NCBI GenBank assembly: GCA_963664225.1
Contig: OY760937.1
Location: 1,472,001-1,536,000, forward strand
DNA from: Verrucomicrobiia bacterium
GTDB taxonomy: Bacteria > Verrucomicrobiota > Verrucomicrobiia > Limisphaerales > UBA1319
Length of the DNA stretch: 64,000 bases
Direction: 5' to 3'
Shown: positions 30,801 to 41,300 of the stretch, piece by piece
Numbering within the stretch: the stretch's first letter is position 1
Layout of the letters: each line of letters begins with the position of its first letter
Program-made: the position numbers and the translations under genes
The notes under the pieces: model-generated
What the model was told of the DNA's origin: nothing
The model's database searches: none
The model's input: the letters and a program-made list of their open reading frames with translations, nothing else

Positions 30801-31296
30801 GCCTTTGTTGATCGGCCTCTTTCTCGATGAACTTGAACCGCAGCAGTTAAGCGCAACACGCGCGTCTCCCCCATTGGAAGCAGTCAATCCTGTTGCCACT
30901 GGGCGGCAGACAGGCTTGCCGGGTTTGGTTTGCATTGACGCTGCCCTTGTAGAGTTTGGCTGCAGCCGAATAGCGTTCCCGCCATCTGCCATTCGCCGCT
31001 CCACCCTGGCTGGATTTGTGTCGGGCACTAACCAAGCGCATGGTCACTATTCATAAACTCGCCGAGCGCTCAGAATCGGTCGGCAACCGTGCCAAATCCT
31101 CCGACGCCCAAATGTGACGTCGTTGCGAGGCACTCTCACTACTCACACTCGCAGGATGCACCACCCCCCCGCACCGAATCAAGATGCTGTTCCTCAGTCA
31201 CGCCAATAAGCGCAAGATTCGAACAATGGCTAATTCCTGCTTTGATCAGCGCGCATCGGATCACAGAGTGCTTTTTTAAAGCGGGCCTCGAGGCTG

Positions 31297-32841
31297 CTAC
31301 TTAACCCAACCGCCCCAGCCAAAAACAAGGAATACATAGAAGCCAGAAAACAATACAATAGGGACAAAACGGGCGCGTGATCTTTCGGAATCTGCGAGGC
31401 GCGTTTCGCGCAACGCCAGTGACATACCGACCAGCAAGAGCGACATGGCTGCAATGGAGAGGGTCGGAAGCGTGAGCCACGCCAACGGCTGGGGCATGAT
31501 TTTGGAGTTCATTTTAATGGCTGTCCTCACTCCGGTTGGATCGGTCCAGGCGTATGGGATAAATCCCACCCATGAAGTGAACTTCTCCAATCCCTTGGCC
31601 ATGTGTCCTGTGGCAACCACAACAACCATGGGCAGCGCAAGGCGACGCCATGCGTCACCCAGAGATTTTGCACCGCCCAATACCATCGTTAGACTCCCTA
31701 AGAGCGTCCAGAGCAGGAGCGGCAAGATGAGAATCGTCCACAAACCTTGAATCCAACCGTTTGCAGAACTGAGGTTGAATGCCATGCTGATTTGCCTGGG
31801 CACCCACAGAAACACGGTTTCGGCTGATTTCCAGACGCCACTGAGTTCGTATGTTACAAAACCGGAGACGATAATCACGAATAATGTCACCGGCCATGAA
31901 GCAAGTTGTTCGCGGGCGTCAGCTTTTGAGAAGGGCGCACGAATGAGGAGTTGCATTGCATCGGTTGTGTCCGCCTTAATGCAATCACCGCACACCAGAC
32001 AGTGCTTGTTCGAGTGCAAGCGCGCAGGATTTAGCAGCGAGCGACAGAGCTGGACTTTGGAAGCCGTGTTATTCGACTGGCACCCATTCTGGCCTGCCGG
32101 TCGGACTGCAAGCATTCCACCGCGTCCGTAGGCGCTCAACAGTATGGACACGGGACAGAAACCGCGGCAAAACGAGCGATCCATAAAGAAAAGTCCGACA
32201 GCAAACGCAATGGTCAGAGAGGTCCAGAGAAACAAGGACGTATAATGGGGCACGCGATGGATTTGTACGCCGGGCACGAGCAACTGCAAGAAGGCGAACA
32301 AGAGAACCACCAAACCGCCTGAGGCCAGCAAACGAGGAAGCGGACGCTGGCTGATTCCGAGTTTTTGGCCCATCCGTTCCGCCTGGAAGGAAACCAACTC
32401 AAGCGGACAAACGATGCACCAAACACGCCCCACCAGGAATGTCACCCAGACGATACCAGGCCACCATAGGCCCCACATCGCCAGGCTTACCAGGTTGGTT
32501 TTGGCGTAAAGTTTGGCATTAACATCGTTCGGTGTGTAAAGGCCCCAACCCATGATCGCTAATGTAGTGAACACCAGCAGCAGCAGCATTTGCAGCATGG
32601 AGGGAAATGCCGACGACCCCACAACGCTTCGGACCGCACGGTATTTCAGCAAATTGAACCCGTGATCGATTGCAGGATTGTTGGATAACCGTGACTTGCG
32701 TTTAGTGATGGCGCTGAGCATTGGATTATATCTTGAGGGAGTGTGAATGACATGCCGACCGAAAGGCAATATTCCCAGTTTGAGTGATTGATTGGCTTTT
32801 AGGCCCCGCCGGTTCCCTGGATTCCCCCGCATTCCGGACAT
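31297..32841 (-). CDS. Polytopic membrane 4Fe-4S binding protein (NapH/MauN/YccM-like)
   Basis: WGLWWP, GRVWCIVCPLE, RSFCRGFCPV, CLVCGDCIKA and multiple TM segments. The true start is probably downstream (~32721). Confidence 0.85.
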   Translation of the reverse strand: MSGMRGNPGNRRGLKANQSLKLGILPFGRHVIHTPSRYNPMLSAITKRKSRLSNNPAIDHGFNLLKYRAVRSVVGSSAFPSMLQMLLLLVFTTLAIMGWGLYTPNDVNAKLYAKTNLVSLAMWGLWWPGIVWVTFLVGRVWCIVCPLELVSFQAERMGQKLGISQRPLPRLLASGGLVVLLFAFLQLLVPGVQIHRVPHYTSLFLWTSLTIAFAVGLFFMDRSFCRGFCPVSILLSAYGRGGMLAVRPAGQNGCQSNNTASKVQLCRSLLNPARLHSNKHCLVCGDCIKADTTDAMQLLIRAPFSKADAREQLASWPVTLFVIIVSGFVTYELSGVWKSAETVFLWVPRQISMAFNLSSANGWIQGLWTILILPLLLWTLLGSLTMVLGGAKSLGDAWRRLALPMVVVVATGHMAKGLEKFTSWVGFIPYAWTDPTGVRTAIKMNSKIMPQPLAWLTLPTLSIAAMSLLLVGMSLALRETRLADSERSRARFVPIVLFSGFYVFLVFGWGGWVK

Positions 32842-33602
32842 TCAGGATTGCGGCTAATGCGTATGCGCCGATGGCTCATATTCGACAGGTTCATGGAGAG
32901 TAATATGCTGTAAAGAGGTTCTCCAAGGTGGCTGATCACTTTGATCGCCTCCATTGCACCCAGGCAGGCGACGGAACCTGAAACGGCTCCAAACACAGGG
33001 AACTGTCGTTTCCATGCCTGTGGTTGTTCCGGATAAAGGCAGCGAAGGCACGGCGTTTTTCCAGGAACAAATGTCGTGATGTGGGTTTCCAGTCCATACA
33101 TGGCACACTCGATCATTGGTTTGCGCTGAAGCACGGCTTCTCGATTCATGGCGAAGCGCTCTTCGAACAGGGGTGCACAATCGATGACGATATCTGCTGA
33201 CGAAACAGCTTGAGCAGCATTTTCCGGCGAAATGTTTTCGTTAACCGCCACAATCTCAACATCAGGGTTCAATTCGTGGATTCGCCGGGCGATGGATTCG
33301 ATGCGCGGTTTTCCCAGCCAGTCACGAGTCATGAGCAGTTGACGGTTCAGGTCCCCTGGCATCAAGTTGCCGCCGTGGTAGAGCACCAAACGCCCCACTC
33401 CGGCAGCGGCCAATTCATACGCGACAAGGCCTCCCAAACCGCCGCATCGTGAAATGAGCGCGGAAGCATTTTTTAGCTTGCGCTGCCCCTCCTCACCAAA
33501 ACCCGGAATCCACATTTGCCATTCGTAAATGGCGCGATCAAGATCAGTGAGCTCCCTGGTCGGTTGTGGTGTCCCCCTTTTCAAATTCTTCAATGCGTTC
33601 AT
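32799..33602 (-). CDS. HesA/MoeB/ThiF family E1-like adenylyltransferase (HesA-type)
   Basis: GQRKLKNASALISRCGGLGG, DLNRQLL, DCAPLFEERF, PCLRCLYP, CPECG. Confidence 0.9.
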   Translation of the reverse strand: MNALKNLKRGTPQPTRELTDLDRAIYEWQMWIPGFGEEGQRKLKNASALISRCGGLGGLVAYELAAAGVGRLVLYHGGNLMPGDLNRQLLMTRDWLGKPRIESIARRIHELNPDVEIVAVNENISPENAAQAVSSADIVIDCAPLFEERFAMNREAVLQRKPMIECAMYGLETHITTFVPGKTPCLRCLYPEQPQAWKRQFPVFGAVSGSVACLGAMEAIKVISHLGEPLYSILLSMNLSNMSHRRIRISRNPECPECGGIQGTGGA

Positions 33603-33877
33603 CCTCCGGACATGGGTGGCATCAGCGCAACAACGTCTCCATTGTTTAGCGAAGGTGGATTCCTGATGAAAATCAGATCATTGTTAATGGCAATCAATAT
33701 GGATGGACGAATTTTTCCGTCCGGGCAAAAGACAAGATTCGCCAAGGCCGCCCCTCGTTTTTCCGCCGCGGTGGCGAGCAACTCGAGTAATGAGCAATTG
33801 TCAGCGACCGTGCAGGTCTCTGAATTTGTTCCTGCTGCCGCATTTGCCTGCGCAATATAGTCGATCGTGATTTTCAT
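33599..33877 (-). CDS. MoaD/ThiS ubiquitin-like sulfur carrier
   Basis: 92 aa ending LNNGDVVALMPPMSGG. Confidence 0.9.
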   Translation of the reverse strand: MKITIDYIAQANAAAGTNSETCTVADNCSLLELLATAAEKRGAALANLVFCPDGKIRPSILIAINNDLIFIRNPPSLNNGDVVALMPPMSGG

Positions 33878-33890
33878 AGAGAAGCGCGCA

Positions 33891-34283
33891 TTATTTCCAC
33901 AGAATCAGCAACCCGGCTCCGACAATGAACACGGCAAATACTTTTCTAAGAATCTCGGCGGAGAGTTCGAACGCAATGGAGCTGCCAATATTTGCCCCAA
34001 CCACGGCGGCGGCAGCCAGCACCGCGACGATCCATGGATTGATCTTGATTGTTGGGTTGAGGCAATACCGGGTTGCGGCCATCAACACCATGGGAGCCAT
34101 GACGAGCAGCGACATGGCCTGCGCGGTTTTTTGGGAGAACACCAGAAAGTAAACCAGCGCCGGGATCATGATTATGGCGCTGCCGACTCCCAAACTTCCT
34201 GAAATCGTTCCTGCCACAAGTCCGATCAGCACAACCCAAATCCATTGCAGTGCGGTAAGCGTTGTCATGTCCTCTCCTTCCAC
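33891..34283 (-). CDS. TSUP (TauE/SafE) family transporter, half-size
   Basis: GLVAGTISGSLGVGSAIIMIPAL...QKTAQAMSL; about 4 TM segments. Confidence 0.85.
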   Translation of the reverse strand: MEGEDMTTLTALQWIWVVLIGLVAGTISGSLGVGSAIIMIPALVYFLVFSQKTAQAMSLLVMAPMVLMAATRYCLNPTIKINPWIVAVLAAAAVVGANIGSSIAFELSAEILRKVFAVFIVGAGLLILWK

Positions 34284-34326
34284 GAGCTTCGCAAAGCCTG
34301 ATCCGTTCTGTTTATTTTTATCTTAT

Positions 34327-35064
34327 TCATAGCTGGTTTTGATTGGTTTCAGTATTGCATCGGACCGCAGCCAGGATTTCCGTCTCCGACGGCTCGCGCA
34401 GTGTTTTCTTCACGACAGGCACCAGTTCGGATTCACTCACACGCCCATCATCAAGGCGGAACAATACATCGGCCAGCCTGGCCGCCTCGCTGCGACGATG
34501 TGTAACGTGCAGGATGGTGATGCGAGTTTCACGTTGAACACGATGAAGCAAATCAGCCAGTGGCTCGCGCGTGCCGTCGTCGAGCGCGGAAAGCGGCTCA
34601 TCAAGCAACAACACGCGGGGTCGGAGCGCCAGGGCCCGCCCCAGGGCGACCCGCTGACGTTCCCCGCCGGACAGGCCAACTGGGAGGCGTTCCAGCAAGG
34701 ATCCAATCCCCAGTTGATGTGCCAACTCCGTCACCTGGCCCGATATTTCATCGGGTGGACGATGACGCACGCGCAGGGCAAATCCAAGATTCTCACGCAC
34801 GGTCATGGTGGAAAATAAAGCGCCGTCCTGCGGAACATATCCCAGCCCGCGTTCACCAGGCGCCAGATGCGTGACTTCCCGTTCTCCCAAGTGGACGCGG
34901 CCGACATTGGGACGGCGCAGGCCGCAGATGATTTCAAGCAACGAGGTCTTGCCCCCGCCCGTGCGCCCCATCAGCACGCCATAGCTTCCGGTTGGCACAA
35001 GGAACGAAATATTCGCCAGGGCAAAGGCGCCGGCACTCCATGCAATGTCTTCCAGACGAATCAC
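34327..35064 (-). CDS. modC: Molybdate/tungstate-type ABC ATPase
   Basis: Walker A GRTGGGKT, YVPQDGALF, LSGGERQR, LLLDEP. No TOBE tail. Confidence 0.85.
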   Translation of the reverse strand: MIRLEDIAWSAGAFALANISFLVPTGSYGVLMGRTGGGKTSLLEIICGLRRPNVGRVHLGEREVTHLAPGERGLGYVPQDGALFSTMTVRENLGFALRVRHRPPDEISGQVTELAHQLGIGSLLERLPVGLSGGERQRVALGRALALRPRVLLLDEPLSALDDGTREPLADLLHRVQRETRITILHVTHRRSEAARLADVLFRLDDGRVSESELVPVVKKTLREPSETEILAAVRCNTETNQNQL

Positions 35065-35843
35065 AGGCGCTCCCCCACGAGGCGGACGGTGGCGAGCACC
35101 ACCGTGGCAAGCGCCACCATTACCAGGCTCACCGCAATGGCGGCTTCAAGATTGCCCACACTCAGTTCCAGCCAGACACTGGTCGGCAGGACCTCGGTCT
35201 TCATCCGTGTGGCGCCGGCGAACACCAGAATCGGACCGAACTCCCCCAGGCTGCGCGCCCAGGCAATACTCGCCGCGGCAAACATCCCGTGTCGCGCCGC
35301 CGGCAGCGTCACCAGCCAGATCGCCCGCGCCCTGGTGCATCCCAGTGTAAGGGCCACATCCTCCGGACGCGCTGACAGATGCTCAAACGTCCCTCGCATC
35401 GTGCGAACCGCGAATGCCGCGCCGATGACGAACTGAGCCAGCACGACACCGCCAATGGTGTATGTCAATGGCACCACACGTTCAATGAGATGGCCCGCCA
35501 TGGTCTGAAAGAAGATCAGAAGGCAAAGCCCCACAACCATGGGCGGCAGCACGATGGGAATGTCGAGCGCGGCATCCAGCCAGGCGCGGCCCGGGAAACG
35601 GCCACGTGCCAGCAAATAGCCCACGGGCACGGCAAGCAGCAACGACAGCAGAGCGGTGAGGGTGCAACTGAGCAGACTCAGCCCGATGGCGTAACGAATT
35701 TCCCGTGTCCGCAGCGCATGCCACAGATCCCCGGGCGAACTATGAACGGCAGTGGCGCCGAGCAGTGCCATCCAGAACAAAAGGTAACTCCCGGTGATGA
35801 CGCCGAGTGCCAGCCACAAAGGATCGAATTTGGGCCGGTTCAC
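35061..35843 (-). CDS. modB: Molybdate-type ABC permease
   Basis: LDIPIVLPPMVVG, EDVALTLG, WARSLGEFG. Confidence 0.88.
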   Translation of the reverse strand: MNRPKFDPLWLALGVITGSYLLFWMALLGATAVHSSPGDLWHALRTREIRYAIGLSLLSCTLTALLSLLLAVPVGYLLARGRFPGRAWLDAALDIPIVLPPMVVGLCLLIFFQTMAGHLIERVVPLTYTIGGVVLAQFVIGAAFAVRTMRGTFEHLSARPEDVALTLGCTRARAIWLVTLPAARHGMFAAASIAWARSLGEFGPILVFAGATRMKTEVLPTSVWLELSVGNLEAAIAVSLVMVALATVVLATVRLVGERL

Positions 35844-37390
35844 TGGGAGGCCTGTTTTGGATCGGCTTCGTCCGCCAGAAGCCAGTCTGGCACCTTGATG
35901 TCGGCGCTCTTGATCGCAGATTCACCCCTCCAGCGAAAGCCTGCGGTTTCAAAGCGCGCCTGGTGGGCTCGGAGAGAATCCAGTAATCGGGTGGCAAGCT
36001 GGCGGTGCTGTGAATCCCCGCGCACACTAAACGGCTGCACTGCCTTGGCTCCGGGAAGGTCGAGTTCCAGATAATCGAGATGATTGCTTTGAGGAGCAGC
36101 GTTCACTTGATAAACGATCGCCGCGTCCAGGGCACCTGCACGCAGTTGATTGATTAGAAAGTCTGCCGTGGGCACCTGGACGACAACATTCTTCTGAACG
36201 TTGGTTTCCAGATTCACACTGCGCAAAAGGCCGCGAGTGATGAATCCAAGCGTGCTTTGCTGCGCATTGCAAACGCCAACACGAAGCCCGGGTTGAGCAA
36301 GATCGGACAGAGTGTGAACCTGGCGCGGATTGCCCTTTTGCACCGCCAGTCCAATGCCAGTTTCCGTCAAAACCACCGCCTCAGGGAAATACCGGGCAAC
36401 GGGTGGCACAAAGCAGAGGTCGCAGGCATAATAGGCGTCAGGAAACTTCGGACTGCTTGCTTCAGCCATGGCCTTCATGGAGGCGCACAGCACTCCGCAA
36501 CCGTTGAAGACGGTGGTGACCTCCGCGCCTTCACGGTCGGCAAACTCACGAAGCAAACCCTCGATGGCCGGACGATTCACACCGCCACTGTATAGAATGA
36601 GCTCAGGCCGGGCCGCCCACTGGTCGCCTGTCACCGGGGATAACCCGCTCGTCTTGAAAACCACGCCTCCCTTCTCTGGTGCCGCCAGGTAACGGGCGAA
36701 ACGCAGCGCGGCGGCAGACTCCTGGGCAAAGCTCAACACCGCCACACTGACATTTTCGACACGCGCGGACAGTTCGGGCGCCTCCACGGCCTCCAGTCCG
36801 GGGAACAATGCCACTGTGGAATTCCAGACAATCGCCACATCCACCGCTCCAAGTTTCAGATCGTTCGCGATGTCCGCAACCGTGGGTTTCGTCACCACGG
36901 CATGTTCCGCGAGCGCAGGGTAATTCGTTCCCAGCGCGGCCTTCGTCGCCCGTCCCACACTGGCCGCTTCGGGATTCGCAAGCGCCACGCGCACCCCGTC
37001 ACGCCGAAGGTCATCCAGTGTCTGGATGTGCAATGGGTTTCCAGCCCGCACTGCAATGACCGGATGCTGGCGGGCGAGCGGAATGACTTCTTTGATGACT
37101 TCATACTTGCGCGCGTCGGCAAGGGCGCCGTCATCCGCGGCAATGAACAGGTCGCCTTTCTTGGCAACACGTATGTTCGCGAGTAGCGTGCCGGTGCCCC
37201 CATACTGCAGTTGCACCTCCACACCCGTCTCGACACGGTACTGCCCGGCAATCGTCTCAACCGGTTTCTTTAAACCTGCCGCGCAATAGACAACGAGCGG
37301 ATCGTCAGCCGCTGATGCCGACAAAACAAAGGCGGCAAGCGTGACACTGCAGGCCACATGCTTCCATATTATTGTGCTTATTATTTTCAT
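35840..37390 (-). CDS. modA: Tandem two-domain ModA-like oxyanion-binding protein
   Basis: Signal peptide. Two ModA repeats: YCAAGL..YGGTGTL..DLFIAAD..GNP..ALANP and YSGGVN..FNGCGVL..DAYYACD..GNP..GVCNA. Confidence 0.85.
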   Translation of the reverse strand: MKIISTIIWKHVACSVTLAAFVLSASAADDPLVVYCAAGLKKPVETIAGQYRVETGVEVQLQYGGTGTLLANIRVAKKGDLFIAADDGALADARKYEVIKEVIPLARQHPVIAVRAGNPLHIQTLDDLRRDGVRVALANPEAASVGRATKAALGTNYPALAEHAVVTKPTVADIANDLKLGAVDVAIVWNSTVALFPGLEAVEAPELSARVENVSVAVLSFAQESAAALRFARYLAAPEKGGVVFKTSGLSPVTGDQWAARPELILYSGGVNRPAIEGLLREFADREGAEVTTVFNGCGVLCASMKAMAEASSPKFPDAYYACDLCFVPPVARYFPEAVVLTETGIGLAVQKGNPRQVHTLSDLAQPGLRVGVCNAQQSTLGFITRGLLRSVNLETNVQKNVVVQVPTADFLINQLRAGALDAAIVYQVNAAPQSNHLDYLELDLPGAKAVQPFSVRGDSQHRQLATRLLDSLRAHQARFETAGFRWRGESAIKSADIKVPDWLLADEADPKQASQ

Positions 37391-37414
37391 ATATATAATA
37401 TTCTATTGATATAG

Positions 37415-38344
37415 TCAGTGCGTGTGATCCTTCGGCTTGATAACGACAGTCTCCGGCTTGAGCGAATCATCCGCCTGAACTGCGGAGCCGGACGCCAAAC
37501 CACGTGCAGCACCGGCTTTCTTCAATTCCACATCCCAATCCACGCGCATAAGGAGATCCCAACCAGGATTTTGAGATTTGACTTCGCAAGAGCAGGAGCC
37601 GAGGAGAAATCGTGTCGCTTCCTCGACGAATTCCTCGGTCAACCGGTCATGCGGCCAGGCGCCAAGCACCCGGCCGCGGCCGAAAACCACGGCAACGAAC
37701 GGTTCTTCGGAAGGAAATGATTTCAATCCCGCCGGTCCGGCAAGCAGCGAAAGGAGCCCTGCTTCACTGGCATCGGACCTCTTGAGGCGCAGCAGGGATA
37801 GCTGCACCTTGAGCTCCGGCCCGGGACCCAGCCGGCTTTCGGGATCGCCGGGATCCAAAGGGGGCAGGCCGGAAGCCGATTCAAGGAAGCGCAGGCGCCC
37901 TTCCAGCAAGCGGACTGCTGCTTCATTTCGTTCCCGATCACTGCCCTCGACGAGCACCCAAACTCCAGAATCACCGGCCAGGATTCGTCTTTTCAAATCC
38001 TGCCGGGCCGGCGAGTCTGTGAGAGTGCGATAAACCGCCGGGGTAAGTTCTCCCTCCCAAACAGGCGTCGCAGCGCCACGAACATGAGATGGAAAGAACA
38101 ACCGCGTCCCATTGGTCGAGACGGTGGTTTCCAGGTTCACGCCAGAGCTGCCGTTCAAATTCCGGAACTCCGCGGCCAGCGGTTCCGCATGCAGAACCGC
38201 TGCCGATGCCTCGAGTCGAAATGCGTCCGCCGGCCATCGATCCAACGCGTAGCGAAAGACTGGAATATCGCAGCCGAACACGGCTGGCATGCCGAGCATC
38301 AACGCTAGGGCAAGACTGGTGGTTTTGGAGGTTGTCCGTAGCAT
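37415..38344 (-). CDS. Exported hypothetical protein with N-terminal Cys and a CSC motif
   Basis: Signal ending AVFG|CDIPVFRYALDRW, thioredoxin-like VWVLVEG segment, LLGSCSCEVKSQNPGWDLL. Confidence 0.75.
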   Translation of the reverse strand: MLRTTSKTTSLALALMLGMPAVFGCDIPVFRYALDRWPADAFRLEASAAVLHAEPLAAEFRNLNGSSGVNLETTVSTNGTRLFFPSHVRGAATPVWEGELTPAVYRTLTDSPARQDLKRRILAGDSGVWVLVEGSDRERNEAAVRLLEGRLRFLESASGLPPLDPGDPESRLGPGPELKVQLSLLRLKRSDASEAGLLSLLAGPAGLKSFPSEEPFVAVVFGRGRVLGAWPHDRLTEEFVEEATRFLLGSCSCEVKSQNPGWDLLMRVDWDVELKKAGAARGLASGSAVQADDSLKPETVVIKPKDHTH

Positions 38345-41300
38345 TTGATTTTTCCGTCTGTGGTTACAATAAAGATGCGGCCTTGGGCGACCGAGACGCC
38401 ATCCCAGACCGGCGGGCTGTCAATGGTAAAATCACGCGCGACCTGACCATTGCCGGAATTGAAGATTTTCACCAGCGCCCCGCGCTTGCCGCTCAAGCTC
38501 GCATCCTGTTCTTCCAGTTCCTTTTGAACGGTTGGATCCTTTTTGGTGAGCCTCTCAAACATTTGCTCTTCATTGACGAGATCCGGGGGGCCCGCAACGA
38601 CAAGGTTGGTGCCGGACATGGAAAAACCACGGGTCGAAATGGGGACATAGGCGGCCCAGTCGTATTTCACAAAGGTGCCTGCGCCAGCCTGGGCTTTGGC
38701 GGCTCCCGCACCACCGGCACGACGCGCCAACTTGTTGGTTCCACCGACAGAGGGCGTAGTCGCGTCCGGCGTGTTGGTCACCTGGCTGGCACCCTCTACC
38801 GCCGCCGCCGCCAGGGCTCCGGATCGATTTAAGTCACCCTGGTCCTGAGGCAGGGGAATTGCCGATGCAACGCCGGGGGCCGGATTTGTCGAACCAGCCA
38901 CAACGGGTGGAGTCAATTTATGAAACCACAAGGCCGCGCCATTCCTGCCCTTGCCCACATCCACTCCGGTGAGCACCCCATTGATGCCGTTGGTGGATTC
39001 GTCACGGGCGTCGTTGTTGTTGAAGGAATAGGCGACGACCGCATTACTGGCGGACCGGGCATCCGCCACCAGGGAACGAGCCTGAATTTCCTCCGTGCTG
39101 AGGGCGCGATAATAAATCGCAACTTCGTCAAGCAATCCCGCATAAGGATTGTTTTCCTCGTAGTCACCCACCGAGCCGGCGGAATCCACGCCGAACTCGA
39201 GAGGTTGAGCCGGCTTCGAATCGAGCAGGGAGGTGGCAGTGCCGGAGTTGACGAAATGGCCGTCCACGTAAAGACGAATGGCGCGGTCGGTATCCAACAC
39301 GGCCGCCAGATAATGCCAGCCTTCGCCAAGGGGTGAGAGGGCCGGCACCGATACGAGATCTCCCCCGTTGCGGATGTGAAAGACCGGGGTGCCATCACGC
39401 AAGGAGAGCGCATAACCGTAAGCTGGGCCGCCATGAGCGAGAATGACACCATTGGCGTTGTCCGGCAGAACCCAGGCTTCGACGGTAATCGCCTTGCCGG
39501 CTGGATTCAACCGCTCGTCATCAGGAAACCTGACGCCGGGAAAATCGACTTCAAGGTTAACCTGGGCGTTCGTGGCTCCCCCACCCTGGCGATTGCGCCG
39601 GTTGGCCGCCCTGTTCGGGGTTGCGAGTTGCGGTTTCACGTCCGGAGCCACGCGACTGGATGAGAACAACTGATTCTGCATCGTTGTTGTCCATTTGAGA
39701 TATTGCGGCTCCCGGCCATAACCGAAGACTTTCTCATTGTCGAACACCAGCATGCGCCCGGCGGGAGCATATTTACCGGCTTGATAGTAGCCGTTGTGGC
39801 CTCCGGCAAAGTTTTTGCCAAAGACCCAATAACTGCGATGGAAAAGCGCCTCGTCCAGAAAACCAATGGGCGAGAAGAGGTGAGCGCCTTCACCTTGTTG
39901 GGCGGCGCCCTGCTCCACCGCGTTGCCGGACACAGGGCCGATATCCACGCGTTTGCCGTCCGGGCCAATTTTCTGGCTGCGCAGGTAAGTCCATTTGCCA
40001 TCACTCACCAGGATGTCGTTCAGGCCAACCGGCATTTGCAGGGTCTTGATCCGCAATTGAAGATCGCCGCCGGTCTCGGGATCTGTCTTGTCGTAGAGTT
40101 GTTCCACCAGCTTGCTGCCAGTGGCGGCATCGAGTTTGAAAAAGCGCAAACCGCCATCGAGGAACACAGACCGGCCGGTCACAAAACTGACCTGGCCATT
40201 TTCCACCAGCACGCTGCCAGGCACCGGCCAGACACTCTCAAGTTGTTCAAATGCAAACAATCGCTGGTCGGGATAGGGTCGATAACGCCATGCCAGGACG
40301 CCATCCGTCGCACGCAACGCATAGACGCTGCCATCACGGCTGCCGAAGAGCACGCGGCCCTTCCAATAGGTGGGCGGCGAATCCACACGTCCACCCGTGA
40401 TGAAATGCCAGAGCGGCCTGCCACTGTTAAGATCGAGGGCGTAAATGGTGCCCGTGTCAACCTGCGCGACAAAGGCTTTTCCATTGGCCACTGTCAGCGC
40501 GCTTAATTGGCCGCCAAGAGGAATATCCCATGCCTGTGACAGATCCTCACTCAGAGACTGATCCGAGAAGCCGCTGCGTTGGCTGTCATGCCGATACGTC
40601 GGCCAGTCGAGCGGCCCTGGTTCGACTCCGAGCGGAGAGTCGTAAGCGGGTCCCCGTTCAAGCCTTTGATCGTCAGGCAGTAAATTGGCGGACTGGCTGG
40701 CACGGTGAGGAGCCAGGGCGTTGAGACCGTCCAGCTTCGCCTCGGGATAGCACGCGCAGTTGTGCGGCCCGGCATAGATCAGGCCGTTGGCGGGCATGGA
40801 ACCGTAAAGGCAGGCGGCGCGCACCCAGTGGTTAATCTCCCAGTGTTTGGCCCTGAAATCCACAAATTCAATTCCGGTGCGGGATGGGATGATGAAGCGT
40901 TCGGTGGCCTTGGCCATATAGCAGCGATGGTGAAACCAATAGGTGTCCACGTCGGGCAGAAACCGGCTCTTGATCTCACCCGTTTCTGGATCGCGGCCGA
41001 TGAATTCACCGGACATGTTTCCAGAAATCGTCGGCGCATTCCAGAGCAGCCCGCCAGCCAGAATCAAATCCTCCGGAGAGCGGTAGCCCGATTTGCTATG
41101 GGGCGCGGTCCACAGCTCTTTTCCACTTCTGGCATCGAAGCTTTTCATCGATCCGTCACCGCCTGCATAGAGGACCAGGTTGCTGCTCAGGAGCACCCGC
41201 GGGCCAAAGTTGTATTCGAAGAGCTGGCGTCTGCCAGCCGGTTGACTGGCCCAGAGCTGATCTCCGGTTTTCGGATCCAGGCTGACGAGCTTTTCTCCAT

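Noticed and set aside
31297..37390. Nitrogenase or complete Moco biosynthesis cluster
   Set aside because: No nifHDK/ENB or moaA/moaC/moaE/moeA in the window; they could exist elsewhere in the genome.
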